In this document: one piece after another, positions 14,306-15,729 of the stretch
Layout of the letters: each line of letters starts with the position of its first letter
How positions within the stretch are numbered: position 1 is the first letter of the stretch
Assembly (NCBI GenBank): GCA_040005235.1
Contig: JBDTZG010000095.1
Span: 1-15,729, forward strand
Length of the DNA stretch: 15,729 nt
DNA from: Acidobacteriota bacterium
GTDB taxonomy: Bacteria; Acidobacteriota; Thermoanaerobaculia; Multivoradales; UBA5704
Direction of reading: 5' to 3'
The notes under the pieces: model-generated
What the model was told of the DNA's origin: nothing
Seen by the model: the letters and a program-made list of their open reading frames with translations, nothing else
Database searches by the model: none
Made by a program: the position numbers and the translations under genes

Positions 14306-15661
14306 CTACCGCCCCCGCAAAACCAACCCCCGCACCAGCAACGTCGGACTCCCGACCATCCCATCCAACGGCAGAAACGCCAGATCGCGCCCGACGCCCG
14401 CGATCCCTCGCAACAGATCCGAGATCTCCCCCGAGAGCCAGGCGTGGCCCAGCGGGGCGGTAGCTTTGCCGTTTTCGACCGACAGGCCGCAGACGGGGAG
14501 GGCGAAGGAACCGGTTGAAAAATCGAAGCGGGCGGGGCCTAGGGCGTCGATCAGGTAGGTGCCGGTTTTGACCGAACCGAGGAGGCTGCCGACGGCGATC
14601 TTGGGATCGGGGCGGAGGTAGAGGTGGGTGGGTCCCGGCGTGGGCAGATCGCGGAAACTCGCGCGGCGGGCGATGCCGGAGATTTGGGCTCGCGATCCGG
14701 CGGCTCCGGTGGGGTTGGCTCCCCGGGCTTGAACGGGGGAGAGGACAGGACCGAGGAAATTGCCGCGCTCGATGATCGTCACCTCGCGGGTCGGAGTTCC
14801 TTCGCCATCGATCGGGCTTTCGAATGCTCCGCCGGGGAAACGGCCGTCGTCGATCACGGTAAGGGCTTCGCTGCCGATCCGCACCGCCTGCCCCAAGATC
14901 GCCGAGATCTCGCCGTCCGTCCGGGGGCCGAAGAAGAGGGGAGAAAGCCCCGCGAGCAGCCGCGCCGCGACCGCCGGCGCGAGCAGGAGATCGCCGCTTC
15001 GCTCATCGCCTTCGGCCAAACCGGGGGCCGCGCCCACCGCGAGACGATCGGCGAGCCTTCGGGCGAGCGCTTTCGGATTGAAGCGGCGCGCTTCGCGCTC
15101 GGCCAGCTCGATCACCGCGGGGCGCGGATTCCCCGGGCCGATCGCTTCCAGCCGGAGCGCGGCGAGCCGGCCGCGGAAGGTGGCTGCGAGTCCTTTCGAG
15201 CTGGTGATCTGCCCCTCGCTCGATCCATCTTCGAGCGTGGCCGAAAGGACCCTGCCGCGCGGCAGCTCGGCGGTCAGCTCGCGGGCGATTCCTTCCAGCA
15301 GCGCGATTCCTTCCCTTTCGCCGATCAGCGGGACCTCGAAATCCGACGGCTCCTTCCACGGCGAAGGAGGTTGCGGGCTCGGCAGGCGGAGCGCGGGGGG
15401 ATAGGCGGGGGGCCAGGGACCGTCGGGGTTGGGATCTCCGGTGCCGCAGGCGAACAGCGAGCCGCGCCGGTCGCCCGCCCGCACGGCCCAGCCGCGCTCC
15501 TCGGCGTAGCTGCTCGCCGTCCGCTCGCCGTCGAGCGCGAAGCGCCGCGATCGCCCTCGTTTCGCGAGCACCTCCACCTCGGGCAGGCCGCGAGCCAGGA
15601 AGGCTTTTAGGGTTGCCTCGACCGCGGCCGGGTTCACCCCCGAACGGACCCTTTCGCTCAT
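14306..15661 (-). CDS. pmbA: PmbA/TldE-family protein (TldD-related metallopeptidase partner)
   Basis: LTVIDDG...PIDGEGTP...IIERG, FDFSTGSFALPVCG...ENGK and GSPTLLV are TldD/PmbA C-terminal motifs. No HExxxH is present, consistent with the non-catalytic partner. Confidence 0.8.
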   Translation of the reverse strand: MSERVRSGVNPAAVEATLKAFLARGLPEVEVLAKRGRSRRFALDGERTASSYAEERGWAVRAGDRRGSLFACGTGDPNPDGPWPPAYPPALRLPSPQPPSPWKEPSDFEVPLIGEREGIALLEGIARELTAELPRGRVLSATLEDGSSEGQITSSKGLAATFRGRLAALRLEAIGPGNPRPAVIELAEREARRFNPKALARRLADRLAVGAAPGLAEGDERSGDLLLAPAVAARLLAGLSPLFFGPRTDGEISAILGQAVRIGSEALTVIDDGRFPGGAFESPIDGEGTPTREVTIIERGNFLGPVLSPVQARGANPTGAAGSRAQISGIARRASFRDLPTPGPTHLYLRPDPKIAVGSLLGSVKTGTYLIDALGPARFDFSTGSFALPVCGLSVENGKATAPLGHAWLSGEISDLLRGIAGVGRDLAFLPLDGMVGSPTLLVRGLVLRGR

Positions 15662-15729
15662 CGGGTCACCTCGACCCCTTCGAGCAGCAGGGCGGGCGCC
15701 GTCGCCCAGACCGGCAGCTTCTGCCCTCC
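15658..15729 (-). CDS. tldD: Partial TldD-family protein, C-terminal 23 aa
   Basis: Reads GGQKLPVWATAPALLLEGVEVTR*, matching the TldD C-terminal K-x-GQ-x-x-PV...P-x-L motif. ATGA overlap with the pmbA-like start. Confidence 0.7.
   Translation of the reverse strand, partial: GGQKLPVWATAPALLLEGVEVTR

Noticed and set aside
13137-14558. ORFs 13137-13964(-), 13794-14558(+), 13726-14088(-) and 13904-14218(-)
   Set aside because: Atypical codon usage and no recognisable motifs. They run through repeats or palindromes, and the two longest overlap real genes antisense.

Overview
High-GC bacterial window. The gene families and repeat style suggest Acidobacteriota (Thermoanaerobaculia-like), which is an inference. 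Left to right: the 3' end of a DUF3999-like membrane-anchored gene; a LiaF-like membrane gene plus a LytS-family histidine kinase, with no LytTR regulator in the window but a LytTR-type direct repeat upstream; a minus-strand run of serine hydrolase, SDR and membrane-fused spermidine-synthase-like transferase; a divergent TPR-like hypothetical gene; a ZnuA/C/B-type metal ABC transporter with a Fur/Zur-like box; a secreted HExxH metallopeptidase; an acyltransferase-3 gene; a ~900-bp non-coding region; and the tail of a tldD/pmbA(tldE) pair on the minus strand. The non-coding region (13404-14305) is the most unexplained part. It holds a three-stem RNA-like fold, a G-quadruplex motif, a 21-nt direct repeat, a degenerate 21-nt-periodic tract and a REP-like palindrome cluster, and local strand skew flips repeatedly around it. 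No CRISPR array, tRNA, rRNA or transposase was recognised.
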